NCBI GenBank assembly: GCA_964016885.1
Contig: OZ024746.1
Coordinates: 68,262,001-68,326,000, forward strand
DNA length: 64,000 nucleotides
Source: Eledone cirrhosa
Taxonomy: Eukaryota
Direction of reading: 5' to 3'
In this document: positions 13,574 through 25,827 of the stretch, piece by piece
Layout of the letters: each line of letters begins with the position of its first letter
Numbering within the stretch: position 1 is the first letter of the stretch
The notes under the pieces: model-generated
The model's database searches: none
Seen by the model: the letters and a program-made list of their open reading frames with translations, nothing else
Told to the model about the DNA's origin: nothing
Program-made: the position numbers and the translations under genes

Positions 13574-13891
13574 CACCAGAGTATTCGATACTTGGGGTAG
13601 TAGAGTGGGTAATATGAAAATATTCAGGACCCTGACGACTGAGCTCCGACCGTTTCGACAGGTAGATGTCAAAACAGTCGGGGTCCTGAATCTTTTCATA
13701 TTTCACTGAACTTATACCATTAGGTTCACATGAAGATATGTCACTATCTTAACACCAAATATTATATTTTATCTGATGAAAGCGTACTTAAATATTAGCA
13801 CCCTTGAAATACGCATAATAAAATAAATATGGTTTTATAAAGATATTTTCCATATATTAATATTCTTAACACATATATATATATATATAAG

Positions 13892-13929
<38 letters not shown>

Positions 13930-13995
13930 ATACGAAATATGTATAATAAAATAAATATGGTTTTATAAATATAGTTTCCATTTATTAATATATTG
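13572..13995. mobile_element. Penelope-like pseudo-LTR fragments of two families in (TA)n, with an imperfect fold-back at 13611-13702
   Basis: aatatgaaaatattcaggaccc / gggtcctgaatcttttcatatt inverted arms; 13572-13607 is the reverse complement of about 24814-24849; 13766-13860 and 13934-13990 match the arms of the 25119-25478 palindrome; flanked by (TA)n. Confidence 0.72.
13766..13824 (+). ncRNA. Type I minimal hammerhead ribozyme (Penelope-associated)
   Basis: Stem I attttat/ataaaat; core CTGATGA (13773-13779); stem II base aag/ctt; GAAA (13806-13809); 2-bp stem III with near-palindromic tacgca; AUA cleavage triplet (13815-13817). Confidence 0.72.
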
Positions 13996-15579
13996 TATAT
14001 ATATTTATATATATATATATACATATATATATACACACACTCATATATATATTTATATAAATTGTGAAGGTATGTGGCTTAGAGGTTAGGGAATTGGATT
14101 CACAATCGGAAGGTTGCAATATGTCCTTGAGCAAGATACTTAATCTTACGTTGCTCTTTCTGCCAGCAATGGAAAAACCAACACTACCATTTAAACAAAC
14201 AATAATATTTATTTCTGTCCCTCAGGGGGTTCAATGAAAATCAGCTGTATATAACATACATAAAATATATATAGGTTGATATCTAAAAGGGTATCCAGCA
14301 ATAGGCTACTGCCTTGATAAAGAAAGTGTTATCCTACCCATGTCAACATGGAAAAAAGGATATAAATCAATAATGATGTTCAGAGGATCAGATGACATAG
14401 CAATAACTGTTGTAATTAAAGTTCTGATGTGGTTGATATGAACTCATTACAGAAAAGTAAATAGAATTTAGAGCCAATACTCTGATTATTTCCATCACAA
14501 AATGGCAGAACCTTAATAATATTTAGTATTTACTATACACACAAAAATCAATATTAACAATTATGAATAAGCAGTGTTCACTATTGCTAAACATTTGTGT
14601 ATTCCTCAATCTAAACATTGGGAAGAAAAACTGTATATTTTCAGTTATGCAGAATGGAAAGCAAATAATAATCAAACAAGTATAAAATCTGAGATAGCTT
14701 TTGATATTAAAAGATCTATTTTGTGATACCAAAAATCTACAAAAAAGATCAACTTTAGAATATAGACAATACAAACTGCTACAAGTAAAATCTTTCCATT
14801 TTTAAATTCTAGGATAAACAATTATTTTTTTCTATATATAATCAATGCAAAACAAAATGTTAACTTCTTTATGACTTCATTTATCCTGTTTTTATCATGT
14901 ATATACATCAGATATGAAATAAAAATGACAGACTTTCAGAATTTATTCTAAATTATTTATTCATTATTTTATTACTAGTATTACTATTATAATCATCCTA
15001 ACTACTACCATTATCAGTATTTTCATTATTACATAATTATCAGGTTTACATATGTTTTTCCATGCTGACTTCATGAAGCAATGTTTTAGGGTCAGATGCC
15101 CTTCTTGCTACCAACTCTTACATGTTAAGTAAGGTGGTTATTCCACTGTTTGAACAGTTAAACCATGGACTGTATTGTTTATGCAGGATATAGTACGAAA
15201 CATGTAATTTTCAAGGAAATTCAACATGACATAGTGTTTGACACTTGAATTGCACTTATGATTCGTTTTCACAAGCTGAGTGGAGTGGAGCTATGTGAAA
15301 TAAAATGTCTTGTTCAAAGACAATACACTGCCTGGTCAGAGAATCAAAATCACAACTTTACAATCATGGACCAAACACCCACATGTCTTCACATATGAAA
15401 ATATACACAGAGACAAACATACATATAAATACACTTACATATACATATGTAACCCCATACATTTGAGTTCACAAAGATTACGCTCTGTTGCAACTCTGAG
15501 TTTCATGGGTTCTCGTTAATCAACAGGAACCCAGAGTAGCATCAGAAATGAATCCCTGTAATATATATATATATAGTGG

Positions 15580-15774
15580 TAGAACACTGGAAGGAAATAT
15601 CCGTAGTGGTAGAGCACTCAGTCCATGGGACGAGTTAGGTAGAAGTAGTTACACAACAGTTAGTTCACCATACTGAGAAATTGTTTCACCTTAGCAGATC
15701 CTCAGCTTGTAATGGACATTACGAGCTGAGGATCTGCTAAGGTGAAACAATTGTTCTCGGTATGGTGAACTAAC
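15580..15774. mobile_element. Penelope-like pseudo-LTR fold-back (arms 15659-15714 and 15717-15774) in (TA)n
   Basis: About 57-bp near-perfect inverted repeat; same family as 39271-39399, which is physically linked to a PLE coding fragment. Confidence 0.85.
15722..15759 (+). ncRNA. Type I minimal hammerhead ribozyme
   Basis: cgag-CTGAGGA-tctgctaaggt-GAAA-caattg-tt-ctcg: stem I cgag/ctcg, palindromic CAATTG stem III, GUU triplet; stem II is weak. Confidence 0.65.
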
Positions 15775-15793
15775 ATATATATAGATAGATAAA

Positions 15794-18700
15794 TTTCTTT
15801 ATTAGCCACAAGGGCACAAAAGAAGGGGACAAATACAAATGGGGCGTTTACATACAGATATATGAAAATAAAACTATTAATTCAATAACAAATAACAATT
15901 GAAATCCCCAATAGGGGGGAGGTGTTACACAGGGGTTGTACACACCCCGAAAAAATGTACAACCCTCATCTCCAGGAGCACCAAGAGTGAGTACTGCCTT
16001 CTTCTCTTCCTCTTTTTCCTCAACCTACAGGCTTATATAGAGAGAAGGCCCAACCACTCGGGCCATCTTTGCCACATTCACCCACCTTTTATAAAATTTG
16101 CTGGGGTACAGCACCTCTCTCTCCATCCTGATTCTTCTTCCAAAAGGATATTTGAAAAAACGAATCAGTTGCTCATTGGAGAGAAAGGTGTCTGACCTCA
16201 GCCCTTTTAACCTCGTCCACCATATAACCTCTTTCACCATAGCCATAACACGTAGGAAAACCGCCTCTCCCTCGTTTTTGAAGGAGGGTGGCAGTTTGAT
16301 CATGTCAATGGACTCGGTGGTCAACTGGATTGGTCCCACCCGCGACAATAGTCATTCTACATAACCCCACAGGTCGGTAACGCCCGGGCAGTGTACAAAT
16401 GCGTGTGCGATGGTTTCCTCATCGCGCACGCATCTCAGACAGATCTATTTCGAAGGGTCCCTACCCGGGCGCCCGTGTCTGTAGAGCTTGTATCGAACTG
16501 GTAGAGCTCCTCGGTAGCACTGCCAGGCAAGTGACTTTTGGAAGTTGTCCATCGGTCCCGGGCGGAAGGTCCTACCAAACAGACTGGCCAGTTCGACCTC
16601 CTCTATGCCTAGAGTTTCTCCGAGCGTGTTGTCGCACTTGCTGCAGACCAACCCTCTATAGAATGTCGAAGTGGAGTCTCCACTGATTGCCGGGTCCGTT
16701 TGCCAGAGGACTGTGAGTGCCTGAGCACATGCGATGTGCCAGTCGCCCATTTTCCTCGGTCTTTGCTTGACCCAGGACTGCAGCTCGGTCAGCGAGACGA
16801 GTCGTGGGAAGGCTCGCCTCACGAACGGGGCCCACACCGGTTGTCTGGTGAGGAATACGTGGAGGTGCCGCATCGTCAGCCACGGCATCCCCAGCCCTCC
16901 GTTTGAAGGGTGTTGGCAGCAGATGGATCTTCTCACCAAAGGAGCCCATTTCTTACAAAGGAATTGGAAGAGCGCGCGCTCTATTTTGGTGAGCGTTTCG
17001 GCTGGACAAGGCACAATGGTCAGCGGTAGTAGATGACGGACGCTATAAAATTGTTCGCCACCTCCACTTGACCTTTCATGGATAGTTTGCACTCGATCCA
17101 CTTCTGGGTGAGCGCAAACACCTTGGCCGTCACCTTGTTCCAGTTCTTCTCCACCTGGAGGTCAGCACCAAACCAGATCCCGGGCAGTTTTACTGTTCCT
17201 TCCGTCCAGCGTCCGACGACATCATCGGAAGGCATCGGTCTGCCTCTCCACGTTCCGAGTTACAAACCGACGGATTTGTCCCGGTTCAGCTTCGCTCCTG
17301 TGAACCTTTCGTATTCCTCCAGTAAGATGCCGATCTCCCCAATTTGCGAGGCGCTCGACACCATTACTGTCACATCATCAGCGTAGGCCGACGCTGCTTT
17401 TCGCAGTCCCGGTTCCAAAGGGATGCCCTGCAATAGCTCCAACCTCCGCAGTAGTGGCTCGAGAGTCAGAACGTACCAAAGGGAGGAGAGAGGGCATCCC
17501 TGTCGGATGGATCGCGTGATATGGAACGGCTCTGAGAGGTAGCCATTCACCTTGACCCTTGAGCAGATGTTGCTGTTGTGCATTGCAGCAATCCAGCCCC
17601 TGAACACGGGACCGAAGTCCGCCGCCTCGAGCACCGCATCCAGGTAATGATGGTCAACCCTATCGAAAGCCTTAGACTGATCCAAGTTGATCAGGGCCCC
17701 ACCGAAGCCGGGTTTAACCCTACCCTCTCTATGATGTATCGCATGAGGTGGAGGTTGTCGTGTATGGACCTGGTCAGGGTTGCGCATGTCTGCGCTTCTC
17801 CCACCAGGTTCTCGACGACAAGCGCCAGCCTCTTTGCCAACACCTTGGCCAAAATTTGTAACTGTGTTTAGCAGAGTTATGGGCCGGAAGTTGCCTATGT
17901 CATCCCCCTTGTTCTCGTCCTTCCTGACTAACGTGATTACGCCCTTGGTCACAGAACTAGGAATTCTCCCATTCTGCTGCCAGTTGCAGTAGACCGCTTC
18001 CAGGAGACCAGAGAATAAGTCCGGCATTGCTACGTAAAATTCGTAGGGTAGACTGTCGAGACCTGGAGATTTGCGTTTGCCGCATTGGCTCAGCACGTCC
18101 CCTATCTCAGCAGCCGAAATCGGCTTTTTGCAGAACTTCACCTCGCTGTCCGAGAGTCACGGTAGGCCGTCGAGGTATGAACCGAAATCCATAGCCCCTC
18201 CCGGCGCGCCGCCCTGCTCGAATAGTTGAGCAAAGTGCCGCTGAAAGGCCGCGCACATTTCCTTCAGCTCACGTATCACACATCCGTCTTGGTCCTTCAG
18301 AGACCGAATCGTGGACTCGTTTCCATTTTCGCCTCCGTCACTCGGGCCCAGCTAACAGCTTTGGCTCCCTCGTTTTCCAGAGCACGTATTTTGCTTCTGA
18401 CAACGCAGCCTTCATGCTTTGCGTCGAAGAACTGGTCCAAGGCCATTCTCGTCGCTAGCATGCTGGCTACGTTGCCACTCCTAAGTGCCTCTTCTACTTT
18501 ATCTACCAGTTCCTTTTCGGTCTTATTTCTATCTAACACTAATTCTTTACTAAAACCTATCGAGTCTAATCTAACTTCCCTCTTGAGAGAGTACCACCAT
18601 CTGTTGTTGACAATGGCCCCCGTCAAGTGCTGTTTAACTAAAGTGCTAATCCATCTACTGTAGGCTTTGCATGTCAGTAACGACAAGTTCAGCTTCCAGT

Positions 18701-19006
18701 CCCTGTCTATGGGTTTTGTCAAGGTTGACTAAGCAGGTCACTAATTTGTGATCTGAATAGGCAACCATGAACATTTGTGGACAGCTTAACATGTCCCTAT
18801 CCTTTCTAACTAGAACCCTATCTAGGTACGATCTAGATATTCCACTGAAATTAGTCCACGTCCACAGTGGCACAGTCGGAAAATCTAGTCGATATCTATC
18901 GGCCAGGTCAAATCGGCCGATTAACTGTTTGAGGCTGTTACACCCCCCTCTATCGGGACATGCTCCCACATAGTCCCAACGTGCATCTAGGATTCTATTC
19001 CAGTCC
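15794..19006 (-). mobile_element. 5'-truncated L1/Tx1-clade non-LTR retrotransposon inserted in a (TATC)n tract
   Basis: GC-rich island; APE C-terminal motifs (DWNRILD, WTW, SYLDRVLV, YSDHKLV), RT motifs (KSPGLDSLPYEFY, RPITLLN, LDQSKAFDRVDH, IRQGCPLS, YADD), C-terminal CCHC knuckle (CLRC...ETIAHAFVHC); 3' end aataaagaaa; atagatagataaa on both flanks (15781-15793, 19013-19025). Confidence 0.92.
16025..19006 (-). pseudogene. Disrupted ORF2 (endonuclease-reverse transcriptase) of the Tx1-like LINE
   Basis: Coding sequence split across ORFs 18655..19101, 18297..18722, 17260..18141, 17020..17235, 16445..17101 and 16025..16348 by frameshifts and stops; N-terminus and ORF1 missing. Confidence 0.9.
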
Positions 19007-19267
19007 AGATAGATAGATAGATAAAGAGAGAGGGAGGGGGGGGGGGGGAGAGAGAATAGAAAACAGCTTTTCTTTTGTTCTATTGAAAACACAACATTCA
19101 AGGTTGATCTCTTTTAACAAATGTTTTTTTTCATATTTCCTTATTAGTTTTTCTGTTTTGTTTAGAACAATGGTGTTCCTAGATCCATAAGTCTATCAAA
19201 GTTTTGAGACCTTCATCTGAATCTGTAATTATTCTTCCCAGTTAGTTATTCATACATTTCTAAGAGA

Positions 19268-19412
19268 GTGGGCTAAAGACTTCATGGGAGTGATGCTAGA
19301 CATGTGAAATCTTGCATGCATTAATTTCAACTCTTCATATTAATAATTGCATCGTTTCTTTCCAAGTAGTACTATCTTGGTTAGCTTATGAACTTTTCAG
19401 TCAACCCTCGTA
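19268..19412. mobile_element. Tc1/mariner-type MITE, degraded
   Basis: Ends tatgaacttttcagtcaaccctcgTA; internal tgtgaaatcttgcatgcattaatttcaactc is shared with the copy at 55151-55345. Confidence 0.65.
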
Positions 19413-19736
19413 TTGATACTTTCATGTAATACTACATAAACAGTTATTTGTGAGTTTTCATTCTATCCTATTAAGTGGTCTTTCATTAACTCTCCAGGTA
19501 CTTTTATCACATTCAATAACCAAATGGTTGATAAAGTTACTTACATCACTACATTTCAAGAATATTTCTTTTTATCCATTATCAAAAGCACCCAGCCTAT
19601 TACTGTAATGTGGTTGTCATTAGGAAGGGCATCGAGCAGTAGAAACCAAGCCAGAAACATTTCTGTTTGAGCAAGACACAGCTACTTGATCTGACTTGTT
19701 TCACAATGGAAGTGCATCAAATAGATGCTAAATAAT

Positions 19737-19901
19737 TGTTTCTACTTTAGGCACAAGGCCAGCAATTACCCAGTGCATTACTGGTACTTTATTTTATCGA
19801 CCCCGTAAGGATGAAAGGCAAAGTCAACCTCGGCGGGATTTGAACTCAGATCGTAAAGGGACGTAACTATGCTGGAAAGCATGGCGCCCGACCCTATACC
19901 G
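19737..19901 (-). mobile_element. Family A SINE with 16-bp TSD, inserted into the tail of an older RTE-tailed SINE (about 19590-19925)
   Basis: Near-consensus body; atagatgctaaataat at 19721-19736 and 19902-19917. Confidence 0.92.
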
Positions 19902-21305
19902 ATAGATGCTAAATAATGATGATGATTTATTTTCATATAATTTCCTAAACTTCCACTGATATCTATTCAGTTTTCTGTCCCTACATAGATTAATTTCTTG
20001 ACCTGCAGTTGTTTTTGAATCACTACATCAGTTTAAATTGGATAATATCTATTTACTACTAAATGTTTTCATGAAAATGCTAAAAGTTTGCATATTACAT
20101 ATTTTAAATATTACATTTTTTTTTAATGAAGACGTCTAAATATGTAAAACTATTAATCTATATTTTATGTTAACAGTTAAAAAATGTAGAGGTGAAAACA
20201 GTACATTTTATTGTTTCATTAGTGAGGGAAGGGCAATAACCACGGTCCTATCCAGGGGCCACCAGGACTGGTAGGAGAGTGCACATCCTCAAACTAGAGA
20301 CCAAGTCTAAATCTTAACAAATGTCAAAACCCATAAATATAAAATCCCATGAAAGATGTTTTATATAATGCATTCCTGCTTTGCCCATGTTCCTTTCTCA
20401 CATTTTCATTCCTATTAAAGAATATTTTTCATAGTGAGTAGCTAATCGATTAGATATGTGTATGTGTGGGGGAGGGGGTTCTATGGTGTCTATTTTGCTA
20501 TTTATTCCATTGAAGTGTTCAATTTTAATCAAAATGTTCATATATATTTCATCAATCATTAGATATATCAATAAATTATATGCTTACACTAAATAAATAA
20601 TATGTTGTTATTTCTTCTCCAATCCGAAGTAATTTTCTGAATATAGCCTCTAATTTGATAACAATGATACAATCTAATGTTTAACTAAATGATTTCAAAT
20701 TTACATTCAAGATTTGGTGATTATATTGCCCAAAACAGTGAATTTCATTACATCTTTGCAATTAATTCAATATCTTTTCTATTCTATTTAAATTACAACT
20801 CTCTCCCAGTCCAGTATATCTTTAAAATCTTCATTAGCTTTCCTTAACGAAACTCTCTTAATTGTTTCTTCTTTCCTTCTTTGGCCTCCTGTATATTCCA
20901 GATATTATGGTGTCAGTATTTCACCATTATAATTTTGTTCTTCACAATATAATGATTCTTTACTACATTTTGTGTTTCCAACATTACCAAATAATTCATT
21001 TTGCTGGTGATTTGTCAGGCTAGTTTATATCTTATAAATTTTGTCATTAATTTTCATAATTAGATTGATATTTTAGTTATTTTCAATCTGTTATATTTAA
21101 TCATATATTCAATTTATCAATAAGGGGTTATTTTTATTGTAACTATCATCATGTGGGTTGTGCATTGGCAGAGTGGTTAGAGTGTTGGAGAAATACTTAG
21201 CAGTATTTGGTCAGTATCATTACATTCTGAGCCTAGCTGTGTCTTTCATCCTTATAGGGTTGCTAAAATAAAGTACCAGGAACACTGGCTGAATGAACCT
21301 TTTAA

Positions 21306-21513
21306 CTATTTAGCATTTACATTAATCTATATATACTATTGTATTTTCATGGTAAAGGCTTTATCTCACATAATATTGAATCAATGAGATTTTGATATTA
21401 TCTATTTTGAGAACAATACCGTAACATCAGTATAAGTGGCTAGTTATGGCCTGTTTCAATAGAAAGAGATGATACAATTCTGGCTGGATACAGCCGGTTT
21501 AAATGCTAAAGGG
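21306..21513. mobile_element. piggyBac-type MITE, family 1
   Basis: Decayed TIR (ctatttagcattta / taaatgctaaaggg) next to TTAA; same body as 26562-26769. Confidence 0.8.
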
Positions 21514-21519
21514 TTTAAT

Positions 21520-22095
21520 TGCTTGGGGGTTGGTTTCGTCCAGATATCTAGATGAACAAGAAGTGGGATGAGGTGCTGAGCAGAAAATGGGTGAGACAAA
21601 GCTATCCCTGAAACGCCAAGCAAAGTTGGCAAATGCCTACATCACTTCTATCATCTATTCTATTACCACATGACCATCGTAACTTGTCCTAGTTAATGAC
21701 TAGACTGGAGCATCTCCTTTATCATTTTTTATGGAAGGCACACATTCCACCAGTTAGGTAATACATTTAATGTCAACACCTGATGTGCAGAGGTCTAGGC
21801 ATGCTGTGACTGATGATGCATGAATATGTGCTGAGGCTGTGACATCTTCAGTATTGCCTTGATGGTTAACAGATGTAGTCAACATTTGTTAGAGATCTTG
21901 TTTCCCTGAATTATCTCTTTGAAAAAGCGGCAGTCCCGAGTTAAGTGAAGACCTAGAGTGGGAGTGTGGCAACTCGAATTTAGTGGAGCACTGCCAGTTG
22001 GGGAAATGTGGTCAGTGTAAAGGATTATTGGTGAGTAAATACATCGACATTATCAAGGAGACTGAGTATCAATGAAAAATCAACTGGCATATAAC
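21520..22095 (+). mobile_element. Old degraded Tx1-like ORF2 fragment
   Basis: Colinear similarity to the post-RT region of the 15794-19006 element (LGxWFxxD...KKWDEV...ANAYITSIIY...GLGMxxLMM). Confidence 0.7.
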
Positions 22096-22560
22096 AGAAA
22101 AATTAAGATAAAGTTAATTTAAGTATAACACATACCTAAATTATATAATGAATATATACATCATATTTGTGTAGTAAGATTACACTTTAATTTGTGTTCA
22201 TTGATCCAAAATTCTTCTTTTAATTTTGTTTTTATTTCAGACACTGGCATTAAGACACAGGCATTTCTGTTCAGAGTTAACCTTTTGAAAGGACACTACT
22301 TGTAAACAACATTACAATAGTATTTTTGAATAGTGATTGCAATACATACATGCTAAGAAATTCATCACACATCTTTCTAGTGTTTTGTTGTTAATTGCTT
22401 TATCATGAAGCATTGTTTATTTGATTTTTAAATAGCATAGGTTGTTATTATTATTACCCTGCTAGGTTAACTATGGGGTCAATAAAATAAAGTACCAGTA
22501 ATGCACTGGAATAATTGCTGGCCTTGTGCCTAAAGTAGAAACATTATTATTATTAGTCCT

Positions 22561-22760
22561 AGGGTGGTGCATTGGCAGTATTGGGAGAGGGTCGGGTGCC
22601 ATGCTTTGAAGCATATAGTTACCTCCCTTTATGATCTGAGTTCAAATCTCGCCGTGGTTAACTTTGCCTTTCATCCTTACAGGGTCGATAAAATAAAGTA
22701 CCAGTAATACACTGGGATAATTGCTGGCCTTGTGCCAAAAGTAGAAATAATTATTATTAT
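22561..22760 (+). mobile_element. Family A SINE (full length), preceded by a truncated copy at about 22465-22552
   Basis: A/B boxes, conserved core, (ATT)n tail. Confidence 0.92.
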
Positions 22761-23117
22761 TAGTCCTACTTTTATTGATAAATAATTACAAACTGATATA
22801 ATTATGAGAGCCAATATGATTGACTCCACTTTAAGGAGATGCACCAGCATGACCACAGTCTAACTTCTGAAACTAATGAAAGACTTTTAATAATGTGCTG
22901 CTGTTTAAATAATGTTTATGTATTTTTTAGTTATGTATTCCACACAATTCACAGTAGACAAGTTGTCTCCTCTTGTATACATTCTAAATCAGTTTACTGC
23001 ATTTTCATATTACTCTTTCACTATTTTGGTTGCCATGAAGTTTCTTCACTGTCAATCACACTCTGCTTGGTCAGAAGTGACCTGGTGTTAAACAACAACC
23101 GCAACATAGAAAATAAT

Positions 23118-23303
23118 TGTTTCTACTTTAGACACAAGGCCAGCAATTACCCAATTCATTACTGGTACTTTATTTTATCGACCCCGTAAGGATGAAAGGC
23201 AAAGTCAACCTCGGCGGGATTTGAACTCAGATCGTAAAGGGACGTAACTATGCTGGAAAGCATGGCGTCCGACCCTCTACCGATACTGCCAATCCACCAC
23301 CCT
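23118..23303 (-). mobile_element. Family A SINE, near consensus, 15-bp TSD
   Basis: aacatagaaaataat at 23103-23117 and 23309-23323; full A/B boxes. Confidence 0.93.
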
Positions 23304-24344
23304 TAGAAAACATAGAAAATAATAGTGATTTATTAGTTTTATCCATACCTAACTTGACATACTGTGTTCTCAAAGCTCGTTCTTGTGCTGCAATGATTGA
23401 TTTTTATCAGTTTCAGGTGTTTTATCAGATTCTCATATATATGACCATAATTTAATATTGGTTTCTATTTTAGGCATAAAGCCAGCAATTTTGTGGGGAT
23501 GGGAATTCAATGAAAATTAGCCTACTACTTGACTGATACTGTATTTTATCATCCTCGGAAGGATCAAAGCAAAGTTGACCTCAACAAAATTTGAGCTCAG
23601 AAATATCACCCAGCCTTTCATTTGATGATCTAACAATTCTGCTAATCCATCTTCTTTAACCATAATTTAATAATATCAGCACCTTCATTTATCTCCATAA
23701 AATCTATACATAAAAGAATATACTTCTATCTATTTCCCACCTGTTTCACTGTAAATGAGATATTTTCTCTCGGGCTATAAAGGTACAGTATTTCCTTCAG
23801 GTTTCTTTATTTCTCTTCTTATATTATTTCTTTTATATCACAAAACATTATTATTTTATCAGTCTGCTTGAATCTTTACAAACCTACTTACCATGCTTTG
23901 TCTTTGTATAGAAAGTACTTAAATCCTATTAATACTATACATGGATGTAATATCCATACACAATCATTTCTAAATACAATTGCTCCTTTTTATGACACTT
24001 TATAACTATCTCTCTAAAATACAAAAAGAAAAAAAAAACATGTTTTAATGGTTACTCTTAATTTTTTCTTTGTTTAGTTTTTATTTTCAATATGAGTACT
24101 TCAACCTCTTGAAATACAGTCCACTAAATTTTTCCTTCATATTACTTCACACTATCTTATCCAAGCACATGCTTAGCTGTGTGGTTAAGAGGTTTGCTTT
24201 TCAGCCACACAGTTTTTCATTTAATCCCACTATAGGGAACCTTGAGCAAGTGTTTTCGACAGTAGTTTCTACCTGATGAAGCCTTATGACTAAATTTGGT
24301 GGAGAGAAACTGCATCGAAATCCTATCATATATGTATCATCACC

Positions 24345-24700
24345 ATCATCCTCATCTTCATCATCATTTAATATCCACTTTCTTTGTTAACAAGGGTTGG
24401 ACAGGTCTTCCTAGATCGAGTCACTACTGACTACAGAGTCACTACTGACTACTGAGTCACTACTGACCTCCCAGAAGCGAGGGAGTTTACATCTCGCTTA
24501 CATATGGCCCCACACATTACAAAATGCATTGTAACGTGGCACCAGTGCTGTCATTTTCTGTGACACAACTGAAGCATCCTCCCAACCCTTTGTTTGGCAA
24601 GCTTTCTACAGCATGATGTCCTTCCTATCACTGACCACTTTACAGCATGTATTGGGCATGTTTATTGTGTAGATCACCAATATTAGAGAGATTGTCATTT
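24345..24700 (-). mobile_element. RTE-tailed SINE (CephSINE-like central domain), degraded
   Basis: Central motif ttctacagcatgatgtccttcctatcactgaccactttacag plus RTE-type tail; related copies at about 9220-9520, 12920-12990, 19590-19735, 49727-49930 and 54660-54760. Superfamily name from memory. Confidence 0.6.
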
Positions 24701-25163
24701 ACTTCACATAACTGAAGGTTTCTTTCAAACCTTTTAGGCATGGCTTCTTTATATATATAAAAAAGTCGGGACCCTGATAGCAGAGCTCTTACAGTTTTAA
24801 CAGCTAGTTCCATACTCTACTACCCCAAGTAACGAGTACTCTGGTGAGTAATGATCTAATAGGCTGCATCAATTTTGATTTATATATATATATATATATA
24901 TATATAAGATTTTACTAACCAAGATTATTAAGACCATTATTCAACATTGTAATCCCTTATTAAAGAAAGTAGATTGTAGATATGATTATAAGATAGTTAT
25001 GCCCTATGGTCAAGCTTAAACTATTTTGATGATAAAATAACCTATTTTGCCATTGAAACCGTTTATAAATATATAAATCTCTTTCTCTCTCGCTCTCTGT
25101 ATATATAAATATATATATATATACGATATTAATAAATGGAAACTATATTTATAAAACCATATT

Positions 25164-25228
25164 TATTTCATTATACATATTTCAGGGATACCAAATTAAA
25201 TTATGGTATGCCTTCATCAGACAAAATA
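25164..25228 (-). ncRNA. Mirror-image hammerhead ribozyme in the left arm of the palindrome
   Basis: Exact reverse complement of 25369-25433. Confidence 0.78.
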
Positions 25229-25368
25229 CAATATATAACAGTTTTACAAATAAGCTTTGACGTACCCTTTTAAAATGCAACCATTATTTTTGGAAGCCAT
25301 CTTCCAAAAATAATGGTTGCTTTTTAAAAGGGTACGTCAAAGCTTATTTGTAAAACTGTTATATATTG

Positions 25369-25433
25369 TATTTTGTCTGATGAAGGCATACCATAATTTA
25401 ATTTGGTATCCCTGAAATATGTATAATGAAATA
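25369..25433 (+). ncRNA. Type I hammerhead ribozyme in the right arm of the palindrome
   Basis: Stem I tattttgt/atgaaata (two G-U pairs); CTGATGA 25377-25383; stem II agg-c-atacca...tggtat-c-cct; GAAA 25414-25417; short stem III tatgta; AUA triplet 25423-25425. Confidence 0.78.
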
Positions 25434-25762
25434 AATATGGTTTTATAAATATAGTTTCCATTTATTAATATCGTATATCTACTCCAAATACTTGTCGAGT
25501 GCTTTATATCAGTTATATAAATATTTACTTGTTGTATCCCAACAATTTTAAATAGAACTTTTGCATATATATATATATAAATATATTTGTAGTAGGGTTG
25601 CTTGGATGTGTCCATAGGCAGTATGTCGGTTGAGCACTCTATGCTCCTTGAGAGCAGAGTATAATAATATGATCATACCTTGAGCTGCTCACCGGAGAAA
25701 CAATTGTAATACGTTAATAAATTGTGTTTAGATGCATCACTAATTCTTCGTTTTCCATATTA

Positions 25763-25827
<65 letters not shown>

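Larger units (their letters stand above)
25119..25478. repeat. Near-perfect palindrome with 178-bp arms and a 4-nt loop (ccat, 25297-25300), Penelope pseudo-LTR derived
   Basis: Arms 25119-25296 and 25301-25478 are reverse complements with one mismatch seen; flanked by (TA)n. Confidence 0.97.

Noticed and set aside
13627-13687. CTGACGA as a plus-strand hammerhead core
   Set aside because: It lies in the antisense arm of a fold-back; stems I and II cannot be closed properly and GAAA is mutated, so only truncated 3' halves are present.
16098-18973. Plus-strand ORFs overlapping the Tx1 element (and minus-strand ORFs over the Chapaev and Dong elements)
   Set aside because: Antisense shadows of GC-rich transposon coding sequence.
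25025-25075. Additional hammerhead-like traces (ttgatga...gaaaccgttta; also gaaacaattgta near 25697)
   Set aside because: Core incomplete or mutated; treated only as decayed pLTR fragments.
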